A stretch of 64,000 bases of DNA. Source: Diadema antillarum. Its lineage: Eukaryota. The translations under genes were made by a program, and so were the position numbers. The first letter of the stretch is position 1, and every line of letters begins with the position of its first letter. Of the stretch, positions 1 to 13,130 are shown in pieces. The DNA lies in assembly GCF_040938485.1 (NCBI RefSeq), contig NW_027271166.1:1-64000 (forward strand). Direction: 5' to 3'. The notes beneath the pieces were generated by a model. It was given only the letters and a program-made list of their open reading frames with translations. It had not been told where the DNA came from and did not search any database.

Positions 1-2033
1 GCAACGCGCAAAGATTTTGCCGCGTCGTTTCATAACTTTTTTCATTGAAGTCTCCCAAATATTTTGAGACCAAATTTGCGACGTCCGGGTACTTCGTTCT
101 GACGTTACGTAATGTTTTGCATATGCATGTCAACCCGAAAACGGCTCTAATTCATGATGTTGTGTGCAAATCCAATGCAAATTGTGTTTTTTTGTTAAAT
201 TGACATAAATTAGATTACCGTAAAGTTCCATGTATAAGACGCACTATTTTTTCGTCGGAAAACGTTGAAAATCGGGGGTGCATCGTATACACGGGTACAG
301 TCGAATCACGGAAAAAAATCCGTCATGTACACCCAATTTTATAAGGCCAACTTGGGGCTATGTATGCCCATCGACAATTGGAAGGTAAGCAATCACTAAA
401 ACTTACGGATAAATGAGCGATCTTTCAATCTGGACACACACAAAAGCTGCAAATACGAGATAAACTTACATCGGCCTTGTGCAGTAACGATGTATCAATC
501 TGGCCATAGACAACAGCTGTAACAGCACTGCTGTATGCTACCGATGTCAGTCTACCAAGCTACCAACAGCCAACCTAGTAGCTGGAATACGCGATGTACA
601 GGTACCATTTAATACTAAATTACCGATACCGTAAAACTTATCAATGTACCGGTACTAGTATCAATATGGCCATAGACAAAAGCTGTAAAATACGGAGTAG
701 GATCGACGCTATGTCACCGTCAATGTGAACGATGTGTGAAGCATGCATGCATATCCATGTCGTTCGTTTGCTCTTCATTTCACGAGGCCACCTAGGATAG
801 CTAGCTAGCTAGCTAGCAAGCCTTTGGCAAAGGCAGCAGCTGCAGAGAGGCTTTTGCAATGGACTCGCGTGCACACAGCGATCGGATCGAAGCGCGCTTG
901 CCCATTGCGCGCTGTGTGTGCAAGTCCATTGCTCTCTGTGTGCGTGTGCTGAAATTATCGCGAGCTGCCTTTTGCAAAAGGCTAGCACTGTGCATAAAAG
1001 CATGGTACAATGTACAAGAGACACACATGTTACTGGTAATCCCTCCGGGCGAAACAACAGTGAGTGTAATTACCGTACGCACCGTACATCTTGCCGTATG
1101 ATCCCTCTGCTACACTTGTTGATGTTTTTCTTATTTTTCGTAATGAACCTTCCAGTCTGACATGCGTCAATATGCGAGACACCCTCTGCTACCACAGCAA
1201 AGATCGTACTGTACACTCATGAGTACGATATGCATGACACATGTACCACGATTGAAAGGCGAAACAATACTGTAGCAAGTGAGTACCGAGACAAGTCGCG
1301 CATTTTGCGTCTTCCATACATGTATTTTGCCGATGTCCGTTGAATACCGTTAAAAGAAAGTATAAAAGGAAACGAAAAATAGAGCAAATACATGCTGCAT
1401 TCTAGGGAAATTTTGAGCCGAAATAATGTGTATTTTACACACGCAATATCTGCGTGGAAATTTTCGTGTGTTTTTTTTTTTTTTTATTGTAGGTCCGAAA
1501 GTAGGGGTGCGTCTTATACACGGGTGCGTCTTATACACGGAACTTTACGGTACTTCAACTTTAAATCATTGAAATTAATAAATTCTGATGTAAATAAGCT
1601 TGAAAGAGTGCCTGCAATAAATCTTGGGAAAAAAACAATAGAAAACAAAAGGTTGAAAAAACAATGAAATAAATAAGAAATTAACAAAACAATAAAAAAC
1701 AAGAGAAATTGATTTTGATTGTGCTATTTTTTTACAAGAAAATTGTTTAATGTGTCTTGAGGAATTCTGACACAAAAATTTAGAAATCCTTCTGTCTTTT
1801 TAATGGAGTTACGGGGGAGATTATGATTTCAAACATAAATTTGCATAATTAATTTACTAAAAATAGAAAATCAATATTTTTGGATGATTGTGCAATCTTG
1901 TAGTTGACATCTGGCTCTATCTTCAGGCAAAATTTTGCGGCAATCGCGCCATCAGTGGCCGAGATCTGAAGGGGGGGTCAAATTGACCCCCCTCAGTAAA
2001 AACTTGGTCTCAAATGGCCCAGTTAGAATATGG
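1..2033. mobile_element. Right part of a TTAA-ended (piggyBac-like) non-autonomous element, interrupted by the element at 218-1550
   Basis: Ends ...CCCAGTTAGAATATGG|TTAA (TTAA at 2034-2037), so the terminus reads TTAA-CC on the minus strand. The left end is outside the window, so the TIR pair cannot be confirmed. Confidence 0.4.
218..1550. mobile_element. Tc1/mariner-pogo-type non-autonomous DNA transposon
   Basis: TA at 216-217 and 1551-1552. TIR CCGTAAAGTTCC(A/G)TGTATAAGACGCAC, 27 bp with 1 mismatch. Subterminal GTGCGTCTTATACACGG duplicated at the right end. No transposase ORF. Confidence 0.85.
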
Positions 2034-2037
2034 TTAA

Positions 2038-4556
2038 GGGCCATTCTCAGATTAAGTGTTCAATTCCATGTGAGTAAAACCGAAAAATCAACCACAAAGT
2101 AATACATTCAAAGATGTGTTTTCGGAAACTTCAAAACCGGTCAAATACGAAACAAAAAGTGGAACATTCTAAATGATGGCCATTCATTGAGTAAAAATGA
2201 ATTGAAATAGAGCATCATATATGATTTTTGATCACCAATCAGATACGTTACCGTAAATTTACATGTTGTAATGGACTCCTAACTCTGAATTAAATCTATT
2301 GTTTTGATCCAATTTCTGTTCAGGAAAGGACATTCTGTCCCCCCTAAAGATATTGGGGTTTTTCAAGAGGTAAAGATGTTGTCATCCCTTGCTAATTGGT
2401 AGAAATTATTTCTGTGTGGTAGGTTGAAATATGCTTTTTGCTGAAATGAAATATAACCTTAAGATTCACTTTGTATTTTTAGCAAATTTCGCTTACAAAT
2501 AAAGTTTCGAATCCCACAAATCATGCAAAGGGAACGATCCGATCTGGAATTTCCACAGGAAACAAATATGAATTGCTTTCCTGGGGAAATAACTATTGAA
2601 AAACATCGAATCACCTTTGGTAACGTATCTGGTAAAATATAAGTAATAATTTTAGTTGTGTATGAATTAATAAATATCACCTGCTTAATTATTTACCTCA
2701 TGAATTGATGTAAAAATGAATGATGTAAGCCCAAATTAACCATTTTAAACATTGTACGTAATATTTAAACTATGAAATGCAGTGGAAAAGAGCCCTAAAT
2801 GTGAAAGCTGAGTTCTTCATTCACAGAATATTCTCATCTTACGTCTGAATGTATTTATCCATCTGACTATAAATATTCATTAAGTTTTGATGGATAATGC
2901 AAACAAGGTTTAAAAAATATATTTTTGCAGGCACTTAGAAGGAAGTAGGTACAGTCTCTATGAACTCGATATGCTAAACAGTTGTTTGACCTATGGTAAC
3001 GTATTTGGCTCATCCCTTTTAATGAAAATGAATAAATAATTATTCAACTTATCAATGAATCTTGAGTAGTTCTTCATATGTTGAAAAACACTAGAATAAA
3101 TATGCAACAGAACACTGAAACTTTTCTCGGAAGCGTTTCATAAACTACTTTTTACTCTTTCAAAGTTTGGTAACGTATCTGGCGTACCATAAATGAATCT
3201 GTCGGTGAAGTTACAGAGCAATTTCTACTGAATATTCTTCATTTGAACATAACTTTAATTTTTTATGGAAGCGTCATTCTATGCAGAATTGTTTTATGAA
3301 CACTTTGTTTTACATAACATTATTTGTCACCGTGGGTGCCCTGAATTATACGTAACGTATCTGCTAAATCTTAAAAGCAAAAAACTGATATGCTGAATCT
3401 TAGCTTCGTCTTGTAAAATAAACGTTCAAAGTTGTTGCATAGAATATGAAAGTGGCTGGGTTTTATAGATTAGAACTTTGGAGTTTATTAGCACACAACG
3501 ATTTGTTTGTAAAAACATTTACAATTTCTTTTCAGCATTTTGATTATGTGGTAACGTATCTGTCGGAAAACTTGGCATTAAGTTGTGAGACACTGACGTC
3601 GAAAGAAAAATCATGTGGAAGTGTTGCTCTTTTTCACCTCTCTGTCCTTTTGGTGTAAGAATATAATCCTGAGGTCCAACAAAACGAAGCATGTAATGTG
3701 TAGGGATGAATTTTGACCAGATTTGATCCCCAGAAAGCACAAGACCAATGAGCAAAATTCGGTCACGTATCTGGGGTAACGTATCTGTGGTAACGTATAT
3801 GGTCGATCATATTATTATGAGAGCGATATCTACCAAATATTTCTCACTTGTACTAAACTTTAATGTTGAATCGATGCGTCATTCCGAGGAGTAATGTATA
3901 ATATACCATTTGTCTGACATTGCAATATCTGTCGCAGTGGGTGGCGTGAAAAGTATGTAACGTATCTGTCCAAATAAAAGTGTAGAAAACCGATATTTCA
4001 AACATTGTACCGTATTCTCAATAAAGAGCTGTTGCACAAAAAATCTAAGTACTTGCAATGTATGAAGTATATCCTCAGGGTTTCATATACACAGGGGCAT
4101 TGCATAGTCTTGTTATTTTCTCAATGCTGTAACACTAAAGAAACTGGTAACGTATCTGGCGGTGAACTTGGCGACAGGTTTCAAAAGGCTATAAAAAAGA
4201 AGTCAATAAAAATTTTGGAACTTTTTGAGTACTGTGATTAGCACATATGATATGCTCATCGTCCATGAAAATGATATTTGGAAAGTGTGTTTGTGGACGG
4301 AGAGGAGCAATGAAACATAATTCTGAAATAGCCGGCGACACTGCGTTTTGGGGGTCTTAACGAAGTTTAACAGCAAAATTTTATACAAAAAGGCAGACAA
4401 CCGCATTTGATCGTGTTTATTTTTAACAAATAAAGTCCTCGTGATATATTATAAACATTTAAATAGTATCTAATAGGTTTCAGGGAACCGCAACCTGTCA
4501 TGGAATGTCGGCAACACCAAAATTCCGTATTTGAACGCTTTTACTGAGAATGGGCC
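2038..4556. mobile_element. 2.5-kb TTAA-flanked non-autonomous element (Kolobok-like RR..YY termini) with an internal 13-mer array
   Basis: TTAA at 2034-2037 and 4557-4560. Imperfect TIR GGGCCATTCTCAGATTAAGTGTTCAA vs GGCCCATTCTCAGTAAAAGCGTTCAA (right end, reverse complement). No coding capacity seen. Confidence 0.75.
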
Positions 4557-5110
4557 TTAAAAGAGAGACCGACAGAGTTATTTCATTCTGCACTGCAGAG
4601 GACAAAAGTACCACGCAGCTCTCAATTCAGTAGGGCTTTACAGCCACCAAAATCAAGGTGATTGAATTTTCATGCGTCACTTAATCAAGAAATACCCTTA
4701 CCAAGAATGCTGTGGAATACTAGAACAAGCACGTGTGCCATTAAAATCAAGTTGAGGTCTTTCAGCGCGACTTGCCAAGCCTCAAACATTCATAATATCA
4801 GTATATCGCTAGTGTTCCTAAGCAATATGAACTTTGACCGGCAAAACAAAACAAAAAATATATAAATATTTTTATGTACTTACTTTGTGCACTATAAACT
4901 GTCTGTAGAATGTGAGGCATGTTGCGTAGGACCTGGTCCCACTTATGCTGGTCAGGACAAGGGAGTGAAACTTTTCCTCCCTCACAGCTTTGCTTACCAT
5001 GGCATCGCCTGCAGAAATATTGTTATAAATATGATCAGATCAAAATCAGAATGGCTGAATTTTCAATATTATATGGGTATCCTGTAAAACTGACAAAAGT
5101 TCAAATAGCA

Positions 5111-5450
5111 TACAGTAAAGCAAGAAATATTCGCAGCATGAAATTTGTGTGAATTGGAGCAGACAGCCTTTTTCGTGGCCTAAGATTTTCACAAATTGCC
5201 ATGGGCATTCAATGCATGAAGTGTACAAACTGTAGACAAGAACTTCCGCAAAATTTGTGCGTGCATTTTAATTTTGCGAATTTTGCAAGAGCAAAGATTC
5301 TTGAAATTAAAATGCACATAAAAGGTTCTTGTCTGCACTATATGCAATGAATGCCAGTGGCAATGCCGCAAAAAAAAAAAAGAAAAAAAAAAAAGGGCCA
5401 TTGGCTGCAATTCGCGAAAATTTCATGCTACAAAAATTTCTGGTACCTTT
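5111..5450. mobile_element. Degenerate TA-type (TACTGTAAAA family) MITE
   Basis: Clear similarity to the intact copy at 35238-35444 (TTCGCGAAAATTTCATGC and ATTAAAATGCAC motifs). The right terminus has decayed. Confidence 0.6.
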
Positions 5451-6445
5451 TGTTCAAACCATGCACATTTCCTGGGCTAGTCGCATAACATATGTCCACA
5501 CAGGAAAATAAACACATGTGTAACAACAACGTACAACTGATAAACACAGATAAATACCATCCTATGTGTATGATTGCAAGAATGGTAAACTGCAAATTAG
5601 GAGTTGTGGAGTAAAATTTGCTAATGGTTCATATCAGTGATCAAGAATCACCAAACCAACTGAGAAATCAACCAAAATGAGAAATACGTGCAGTGTACAT
5701 CTCTTTTCAAGAAGCACAGTTAGTGATTTACCACATTGGAGACAAGTACATTAAAATATAATAATTCTGTAACATTTATAGGACATATTTATTCAATCCT
5801 ACCCCAATATTGGGGGGGGGGGGGTTCCATTAATAAAAGTATTGTTCCTACTGTGCAGAGACTAAGTTGAACAGATGTTTATTAGACCAAACATTGGCTC
5901 TGCCTGTTCGAAGGAAGCATTCTTCTTGAACTTTGGCATGATAGGCACAGAATCCAATCTTTTCTGACAAAAAGCTCTTGTTGGATTGAGAATTTGCTGA
6001 GCTGTTTTGGGGTATCCCTGAGGAACTGTTCTATCAAAATAGAAGTTTTTACTAAAATCATGATGGGAATTAACCTGATTGATATAAATAAATATGTATA
6101 AACAGGAGAGCTGTGAGGGAATGATTTCTCTACATTTATATTACCTGTGACCTACACATATGTCACTGTTTCATGTGTAAACCTGTAAAACTCATAAGTG
6201 CCATATTCTGTTTAATCTTCCTATCCTGTTGGAAATGAACTTTCACTGTTTACTTGAGTTCCACTATGCATGATCTCTCAAAGTTAACTGAAATATGAAT
6301 TGGAGTTCATCTCTAACATGTATCTACGGGGTTTTGCAAAGAAATTTCTACTTAACACCATCCCTAGAGACATTCCCAGGCCACAACTTGGAATTCGTTC
6401 AGATTGCATTGGATGTCACAGCCATTTATTAATCCCTGCACATAC

Positions 6446-6525
6446 GAAGCCGCGCAACGTAAATTGCAACGACATCCAACGCCACGCTCGTCTCATCTAG
6501 GTCGTTCAGGAAGTCCCACTTAGGG
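6446..6525 (-). CDS. Candidate orphan coding exon (PKWDFLNDLDETSVALDVVAIYVARL)
   Basis: Pyrimidine tract + CAG acceptor, GTATGT donor, 80 nt, only one frame open (phase 2 in, phase 1 out), GC-rich relative to flanks. No family recognised. Confidence 0.4.
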
Positions 6526-7079
6526 CTGGCCACAAACAATGAGAGCAAAGTGAGAGAGAAAGAGGAAGCTACCTATATTGGGTTGTACCTGCATGATATC
6601 AAGACGGGGAGGGAGGAATTATGATCGGCCATTTATGAGTGCACCTAACATGACACAGTACCCCAACTCGTCCGCGTAGCACCGCAGGGGGTCTCACAAA
6701 AGGAAGTCTGGGGCATTTTATATGACTACGCTTCATACAATCACTCCCATTCGGCAATGTCTGTCAGGTTATGATAGACTGAGCACATACAAGCCCAAAA
6801 GAGCGATCAAATTTAGAGAACTTTGGAGGTTGTTTTTTTTAGAACTCTTCAGTCACAATCTAAACTTTCACTGTTCAGATTCTGGAGTATACATAAATGA
6901 AGAAATTGAAAAAAAGCAACTTAAGTGTCAACAGCATTACAGTGGGAACAAACTGGATGATCAGAACATATTCTGGTCTCATGATCTTTACTTTCTAATG
7001 CAATTTCATAATCCAAAACTTTTTCAAGAAAAAAAAAAAGGAAGAGAACAAAAGGTAAGAACATTACATGAACAATTTC

Positions 7080-7251
7080 CAGGGGTGGGTCCAGGAATTC
7101 TGTAAAGGGGAGGCACCTTTACAAAATTAAAGGGGGCATACGCTCCCCCCCCCCCCATTTTTCCCTTTTATCTATTTTGTTTTAACAAAAAAATAAAGAG
7201 GGGGTGCACGCCTGGTGCCGCCCCCCCCCCTCCCCCCTGGATCCGCCACTG
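7080..7251. mobile_element. CAGGGGCGGATCCAGG-family (hAT-like) MITE, copy 1
   Basis: Termini CAGGGGTGGGTCCAGG / CCTGGATCCGCCACTG. Homologous to 12164-12332. No clean TSD. Confidence 0.65.
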
Positions 7252-9895
7252 CTTTCCAATGGCTGTTTCATTAAAATCACAAAGAATTACCATCCCTCAG
7301 TTTGCACAAAATGAGAGACAAAATATGCAACTTTTTGCAACTTGATGAATAAAGGTAAGTTTCCTGGGCTTTTCAAGCATGGATATAACATGAATGAATT
7401 TTCCAGATTAAAAAAAAAAAAAAAAACAAATTGTCAGCTCTGACCTACAATCCTTGTCATGAGACTGCAGCAGTAGTTTTAACAGAACTGAATTATAAGG
7501 TTTGAGAATATGCACATTACAATTCTCATACATTTTGGTGGTTAATATCTCTCCTTCAAAGATAACAAAGAATGGAAGTGAAAGTAACAGTGTAAAAGTA
7601 ATACCAGTATTTGTTGGGGGCTAAGGTATGCTTGCAATCTAGAAGTGTGGTTACTTCTCAGAATTATCTATGTGAAGTTTGCATAATTTCACAAATTGCC
7701 ATTATCATATTTCCATTTATACCACAAGAGCTCTGCTGCATAGTGTGTAAGATTATATCATGGGGATGTCAAATTGCACTAAGTCGATCAGACTGGCATG
7801 ATCATGTGACAGGGGATCACTTGTAATGTTCTTCTGTGGGCATAATGAACAGGCGTTACAAGCTGTTTAAAGGGACATTCCAGATGATTTTCATAATTTC
7901 TCATCATGTAGTACATAAATCCACAGCTCCGTGTATAGATTTGTGGAATTCATTGTGGTCCTTGAGCAGAGAAACCAATACTCTGAAAAATCTCTTAATA
8001 CACTGAACAGCGTTGATGACATAGGAGCCTCACATATTTCAGAAATGTATGATTCCATTATAATACCGCTTGCTGGAACAAGTTCACCTGTGAAGAATCT
8101 ATGCATGCCTTCTTCTTTCGTTCTGCTTCTTGAGCCCCAACTCACGCATTCTTTAATGGTGAGGCTGCCATGCCATCATCCTTGTTCATTGCAATTTGCT
8201 ATAAATTTTGAAAACATTCTTATTCCTCATCCCAATCACTATAAATTCTGAAACTCTGTATTCAGTATAACTGATTTATAGTTGTTCAAATATAAAAGTT
8301 TGAAAATCATCCAGAGGTATCCTTTAAAATGTTTGAGGCAGGTTTTAGTTTCGAGACTAAAGTCTCACATTCATGACTTCCCTCAATGAAAAACATTTCA
8401 ATAGCTGTAGATGAATCATTATATATACTGTATATTCCCTCCCAAGGCATTCAATATCTATTTTGCATGTGCTTTGTACGTGCCACAAACCCCTGCTCCT
8501 CCCTATTAGTCCTTCCTTCTCTCTTTACCTGTCCCTTCCCAATGTCTTTTGCTGTTTGTCCTGTCTACATCTTTGTTCTCTTGATCATTTGTAAGGTCCA
8601 TGCATATGTGCTCCCACAACTTACATCTTTTTTTTTCTTAAATTGTAACTCAAATTAATTGAGTGGCCAACATCTTTTGATAAAATCTTGTCTTTCACAA
8701 GGGCCTCTGTTTCCCATAACACAAAGATTTTGTGTCAAATAGTTCATTATAGGTTTATATGCATTTGCTTTATTTTTTTCTTTTCCACTTTGAAATGTAT
8801 GTTGTATTTAAACTGTATTTAGTATTACATTGGTTGTTGTATTTTTTTAATTATTGTGTCTGGAAATAAAATCTGAATTTGAATAGAATTAAATTTCATA
8901 GGCATTGTTGACTACCATGTATATGGCAAAGGAATTTGCGCGCGCGTGTGAATAGCATTGCTGGATGGAGGGCCTGGGGCTTCGACTTGAGTTAAATCTT
9001 TACTCAGTAATTATAAAACATTCTTTCCCTGTTCATCTCCAACACCCCAGACAGTTCATGACCTCCAAGAATGCGCCAGTACGCGCGGTTTCTTCTGTTG
9101 ATTGGTCTCTCTCTCTCTCTCTCCACCCCTCCCCATTCCCCAGTCTGGCACCTTGGCATCGTGGGATTTTTCTTTTTGCTTGGTGAAGTTGGTGTTCACT
9201 CTTTACTACTCTATCTGAATATGCGCTGCCTAGCTAGTATTCTCTCTATGGCCGCTGCGCTGCGGAGGCAGTCAGGACATGATGGTAAAAGCCGGTCGGG
9301 CGTACATGTTGTACACGTCGTCTCATATCTTGGAAAGATACTTTGAGTTTGAATCGGATATATTGGGACGCGAGTGAACTGAAGGTATGTTATTTGAGAT
9401 CAGGAAAGTTGTTCAAGCTTATTAAAGTGTAGACTTTGAGAAAGGGCATATTATACGTCATAAATTCCCCGTAAAAGGGCACCAAGGCCTCAAGAAAAAG
9501 GACACATTTTTTTTGGCCGTAACTTTGATCAAAAAGCAAAGGGCATTGCGGCCAACGAGAGGGGCACCGACGGCCATGGCCGTCGGTAGCCGTCGGTTAA
9601 TTCGAGGCCTGCAGTGTTTCATCACTCAAACAATGTGGATGTGGGTGAGCACTAGGTAATAATGTAGGTTTTTACCAATATTACTAGTTTCTTCGTTACT
9701 GCAAGGATATTTGCTCCTGACGATTTGGGGTAGTAAGAAGTATATGTATAAAATAAGTACATCTATATGTTTATATATATTCCATAATCCCCTGAACTAC
9801 AAAGCAGCAGCAGGAAGTACAATTGTATTACAGGAATGTTAGGAGGAGAATGTGTTCTGTTCTTATTACTGGTACTCTTTTAATGTTTACATATA

Positions 9896-10684
9896 CAGTT
9901 GAACCTCTTGTATCCAGACAAGTCGGGACCGGGGCTCATCCGGATAAGGGATTTGGCCGGATACGGGAGACTCAATGCTTTATACATGTACATACATACA
10001 CAATTACTGATGTAGCCCATTGTAGTACCACATGTAGTAATGTGTATACTGCAACCTTTTTTTTTTCATTGTTACACTCAGTAACAGACCCCAAAATAGA
10101 GGTTCGTGTTTGCAAGAATGAAATCATTTTCTTTTATAAATTCTTGGAATGATTTACCTAAATAATTATTAAGAAGTGTATCAAGTAGATCTTGAAAATA
10201 AACAGTACGAGTCGACGAAACTACGCTTCAAAATTCGATCATCACGGCTCGGCAAAGTCGACTGTAGGTCGCCATTGTTAGATGGTCTCCCTCTCTCTCT
10301 TTGTGTGTGTACTGTGTGTGAACAATTTTTGAGTATTCAATATCATTCGTTGCTCAGCCAATGACTCGAAACAATGCATGTCTATCTAGTCATATCGACA
10401 GCTGTGTATGGACCTATATGTGGCAATGCGATATGAGAGGACTCGAGCGCATAATCTGTCCATGTTCTTGCGATGATTTGGGGATGTTTGGGGATGTTAA
10501 AATGTCTGAAGGTAAGCAATTTGGAAGGAAATATGTAATTCATGTGTGTTTGTGTAGGAGTTCTCGAGGAGTTAGGAATCCCCCTTTCCTCCCGTAATTA
10601 TTTTTTAAAAAAATCACGGCGAGATTGCGTCCGTATAATAGAGAGATCCGGATAAAGGGAGGCCGGATAAGAGAGGTTCAACTG
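9896..10684. mobile_element. Tigger/pogo-like MITE
   Basis: TA at 9894-9895 and 10685-10686. TIR CAGTTGAACCTCT(..)TATCC. Repeated CCGGATA subterminal motifs. Confidence 0.85.
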
Positions 10685-11506
10685 TACAATATTGCTTTTT
10701 TTTTCTTCTTTTAACAAATTACAAACAAGAATTCATACCCTTTTTCTTAAGTTTAGAGTGTCACTTAAAATGTGGAAAGAGTTCTCCCTTTTTGTACAAT
10801 GTCTATTTATTTTCTCAAATATACTTACGAAATGTCATCTTTTCATAACAAACAAATGACTCACTATTCACCTTTCTATTAGTGTCTGATTTTACTACAC
10901 TACTTGTCAATGGGCAAAGTCACACCTCTCACTTTGTAATGCACTCACAGCAATACTTTGAGCAGCTTGTACACACGAGTTTGACTGTATCTTTTAATCT
11001 CATGAGCAGCACCTTGTCAACACACATTTTTGAAATGTGTTATATCATTTTAGAATATGACGACTTGTAAAACAAAGCATAGACAGAGCGTGGACTTTGA
11101 TTCTTTTTTTTTTAAAGATCACAAGTGCAATAAAATACAATTCCAAAGTCAACTTCAACCTCTTAAACTGGAACTGCATTTAAACATCGGATCCATTGAT
11201 GTAAAATGCCTAAAGTTAAGATTTTAAAGGGTTAAGTCGTGAAATTAATCTGATATGAAGTAGTCACAAATGTGTGGGTAGTTCCAAGAAAATACTACTT
11301 ACATTAAAAAAGTGGACTACAGTTCTGTGAAATGGTAGATTGATCACTGTAAGTTTATATGAATGTAAAATATATTGATAATTGCTAAAATTCATAACAT
11401 CCTTCTAACATGGTTTGCAGAAACACTAAGACTACAGAAATATGTATATTTTCCCTGAATAAGATCTTTGAAAACAAAACTTGACAATGTTTCTCTCTCC
11501 CTTTGT

Positions 11507-11507
11507 A

Positions 11508-11576
<69 letters not shown>
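11507..11576. repeat. (GT)n microsatellite
   Basis: Direct reading. Confidence 0.95.
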
Positions 11577-11577
<1 letters not shown>

Positions 11578-12163
11578 ATCCAGCTGTGACATACTGTATC
11601 TATTAAACAGACACATGATGTAAATTCTTAAATAGCTGTTTCTCCCTTCTTCTTGTTCGTTTTCATGTAATCTGTGATTAAATCACTGAAGCAGGACAAA
11701 GTTATGCTTGGACAGGCCTGCTTTCCATTTAATACGTGTACATGTATGTCTTAATCTTTAGATTGCATGAAATTTTAACATTTCTGGAACGATGCACTCA
11801 ATAATCAGGGAAAGGAGTTTGCATTGCAGGCTCCAATGAAGCCGTCGCAAGAATTAATCATGACAGGTGATCGCTTCTGAAGATCTCAGATATAAATTGC
11901 TTGAATGCGGCTCCGGCCAAGCATCCAGATGCCTTATAACTTGCTGTACTTTTCTTCTTCTGAATAGTTGATGGTTTGGCAAAAGATTTCAAGATATCAT
12001 TTGCCCATCCTCTCATGAAATGAAACAGTATACGCTCTTTTTTCCCCGTATGAACAGGATTATCCACAAAAAAAAACCAAAACAGCTTCTATGATTCATA
12101 TTTTCATTGTGAATTATTAAGCATGGTTTCTCACAGAACTTGTACAGCTATGAGAGGCTGAAT

Positions 12164-12332
12164 CAGGGGCAGATCCAGGAATTATGTAAAGGGGAGGGGC
12201 CTTTGCCAAATTAAAGGGGGTGCACACACACCCCCTCCCCCCCCCCATTTTTTTTCTTTTGAATTCTTTTGTTTTAACCAAAAATAATGAGGGGGCACAC
12301 GCCCGGTGCACCCCCCTCTGGATCCACCACTA
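12164..12332. mobile_element. CAGGGGCGGATCCAGG-family (hAT-like) MITE, copy 2
   Basis: Termini CAGGGGCAGATCCAGG / CTGGATCCACCACTA. Flanks GGCTGAAT / GGCTAATT may be a decayed 8-bp TSD. Confidence 0.65.
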
Positions 12333-12841
12333 GGCTAATTTATGCATAATGTAATCTATTACCCTTTGAATTTCACAATCCATGCATTGATATTTACATT
12401 GTGTATACATTCATATAGCATTTTTTTTTTGCACCTATGACTCTGCATCATTTTTCTCACTCTCATGGTATTACTCATGGTAGCCACATCCATTAACATC
12501 ATTACTTCCGTAATTACATTTTAAGGTCCGTCATTTCACTTTCGATTGGTCATAAAATGTGAACCATAAGCTTAATTAAAAAAAAAAAAAAAAAAAAAAA
12601 TGCTCGCAGTAATAGAGTCACAGTGCCAATCCACAACACACTCAGGCTGGTTTTGACAGATCAGAGGAAAGAAACAGAAAAAAAGAGCTTGTGAGTAGAA
12701 ATTTCATCAAATTTTGACATCAAAACCAATGCCATAGTTCAGTGAAAAACTTGTTTAACTTGAGAACTCTCTAACTTCATTATTCCAGGTTCAACTTTGA
12801 TGAAACTTCTCTCATTCTGCTCATTCTTATTCTATTCTTAA

Positions 12842-13130
12842 CCCTTCATACACCGGGGCACTTAACTTGACCTGCCGAGCTTTTCCATTTGCAATCAGTA
12901 CTGGTAATCTATAAACTTGATGAAGTGACAAATTTCCAAGCCCACCATGAGAGGTGTTACAAAATAATGTGCCTCAGCCTAACAGCAAAGACCATTGTAG
13001 GTGGCACAATAGGGATTACAGGGACTGGATAATCTCTATTCATTGACAATTAGTTTCCAGACATTTGTGCCAATCCTTGAACAAAGCACTCCAGCGAGCG
13101 TGCCAATTGGCAACCACAGCACAGTAAGGG
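12842..13130. mobile_element. Possible piggyBac-like MITE remnant
   Basis: TTAA-CCCTT ... AAGGG-TTAA termini only; very short TIR. Confidence 0.3.

Noticed and set aside
2240-4158. CRISPR array interpretation of the 13-mer/spacer pattern
   Set aside because: The repeat is too short, the spacers are far too long (about 170-370 bp), there are no cas genes, the context is eukaryotic and the array lies inside a TIR element.
7891-8251. Overlapping ORFs on both strands; the minus one has an acceptor at 8087 that is phase-compatible with DENND3 exon 2
   Set aside because: The peptide does not resemble the conserved DENN continuation and ends in a stop; there is no independent support.
8300-8880. 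U-rich 3'UTR-like tract ending in AATAAA (8865-8870) on the plus strand
   Set aside because: No upstream plus-strand coding exon was found, and AATAAA is frequent in AT-rich DNA.
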